A stretch of DNA of 64,000 nucleotides, taken from positions 51,770,001 through 51,834,000 of the forward strand of contig OZ286467.1 of the NCBI GenBank assembly GCA_965644265.1, in the 5' to 3' direction. Below the pieces are notes generated by a model. The model was not told the origin of the DNA. It saw nothing but the letters and a program-made list of their open reading frames with translations, and made no database searches. Shown here piece by piece: positions 63,891 to 64,000 of this stretch. A program made the position numbers and the translations under genes. The number at the start of each line of letters is the position of its first letter. Positions within the stretch are counted from its first letter, which is position 1. This stretch comes from Glycera tridactyla (taxonomy: Eukaryota).

Positions 63891-64000
63891 AGCTTCCAGT
63901 CAAAATAATTTAGTACAAACAAATACCGCTACATCTAGTTTGCTTGACATATGAAATGCATCATTTCCAGTCTTGGAGATCAGGGGAGATTGCGAGACAT

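Overview
Eukaryotic, repeat-rich, CpG-poor genomic DNA with four short N gaps. The p53 signatures ([16 protein letters not shown], MSxxxFxxLWNxLGEV/I) point to a lophotrochozoan invertebrate (inference). The only well-supported protein-coding genes are two p53-family paralogues facing tail-to-tail about 17.6 kb apart: gene A (+, join 15261..15615,16487..17337, 401 aa) and gene B (-, 36074..34968, 368 aa). Both keep the MDM2-binding FxxLWxxL motif, a complete DNA-binding domain with all Zn ligands and core DNA-contact Arg residues, a basic NLS and a p63/p73-type tetramerisation domain. Both stop right after that domain, so neither has a SAM domain. In each gene the whole DBD plus tetramerisation domain lies on one exon, which suggests retrogenes, and synonymous divergence with conserved protein indicates long purifying selection. 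An exon-like, TRADD-N-like segment at 41475..41693 could splice in frame onto gene B, but this is speculative. The rest is mainly TA-flanked Tc1/mariner-type MITEs, Helentron/HINE-like elements with internal 145-170 bp tandem arrays, Penelope-like 3' ends with hammerhead-like motifs, decayed LINE RT fragments, SINE-like pieces, microsatellites and local duplications. One duplicated unit carries a dense cluster of T-box half-sites. All alignments were done by eye; no searches were run.
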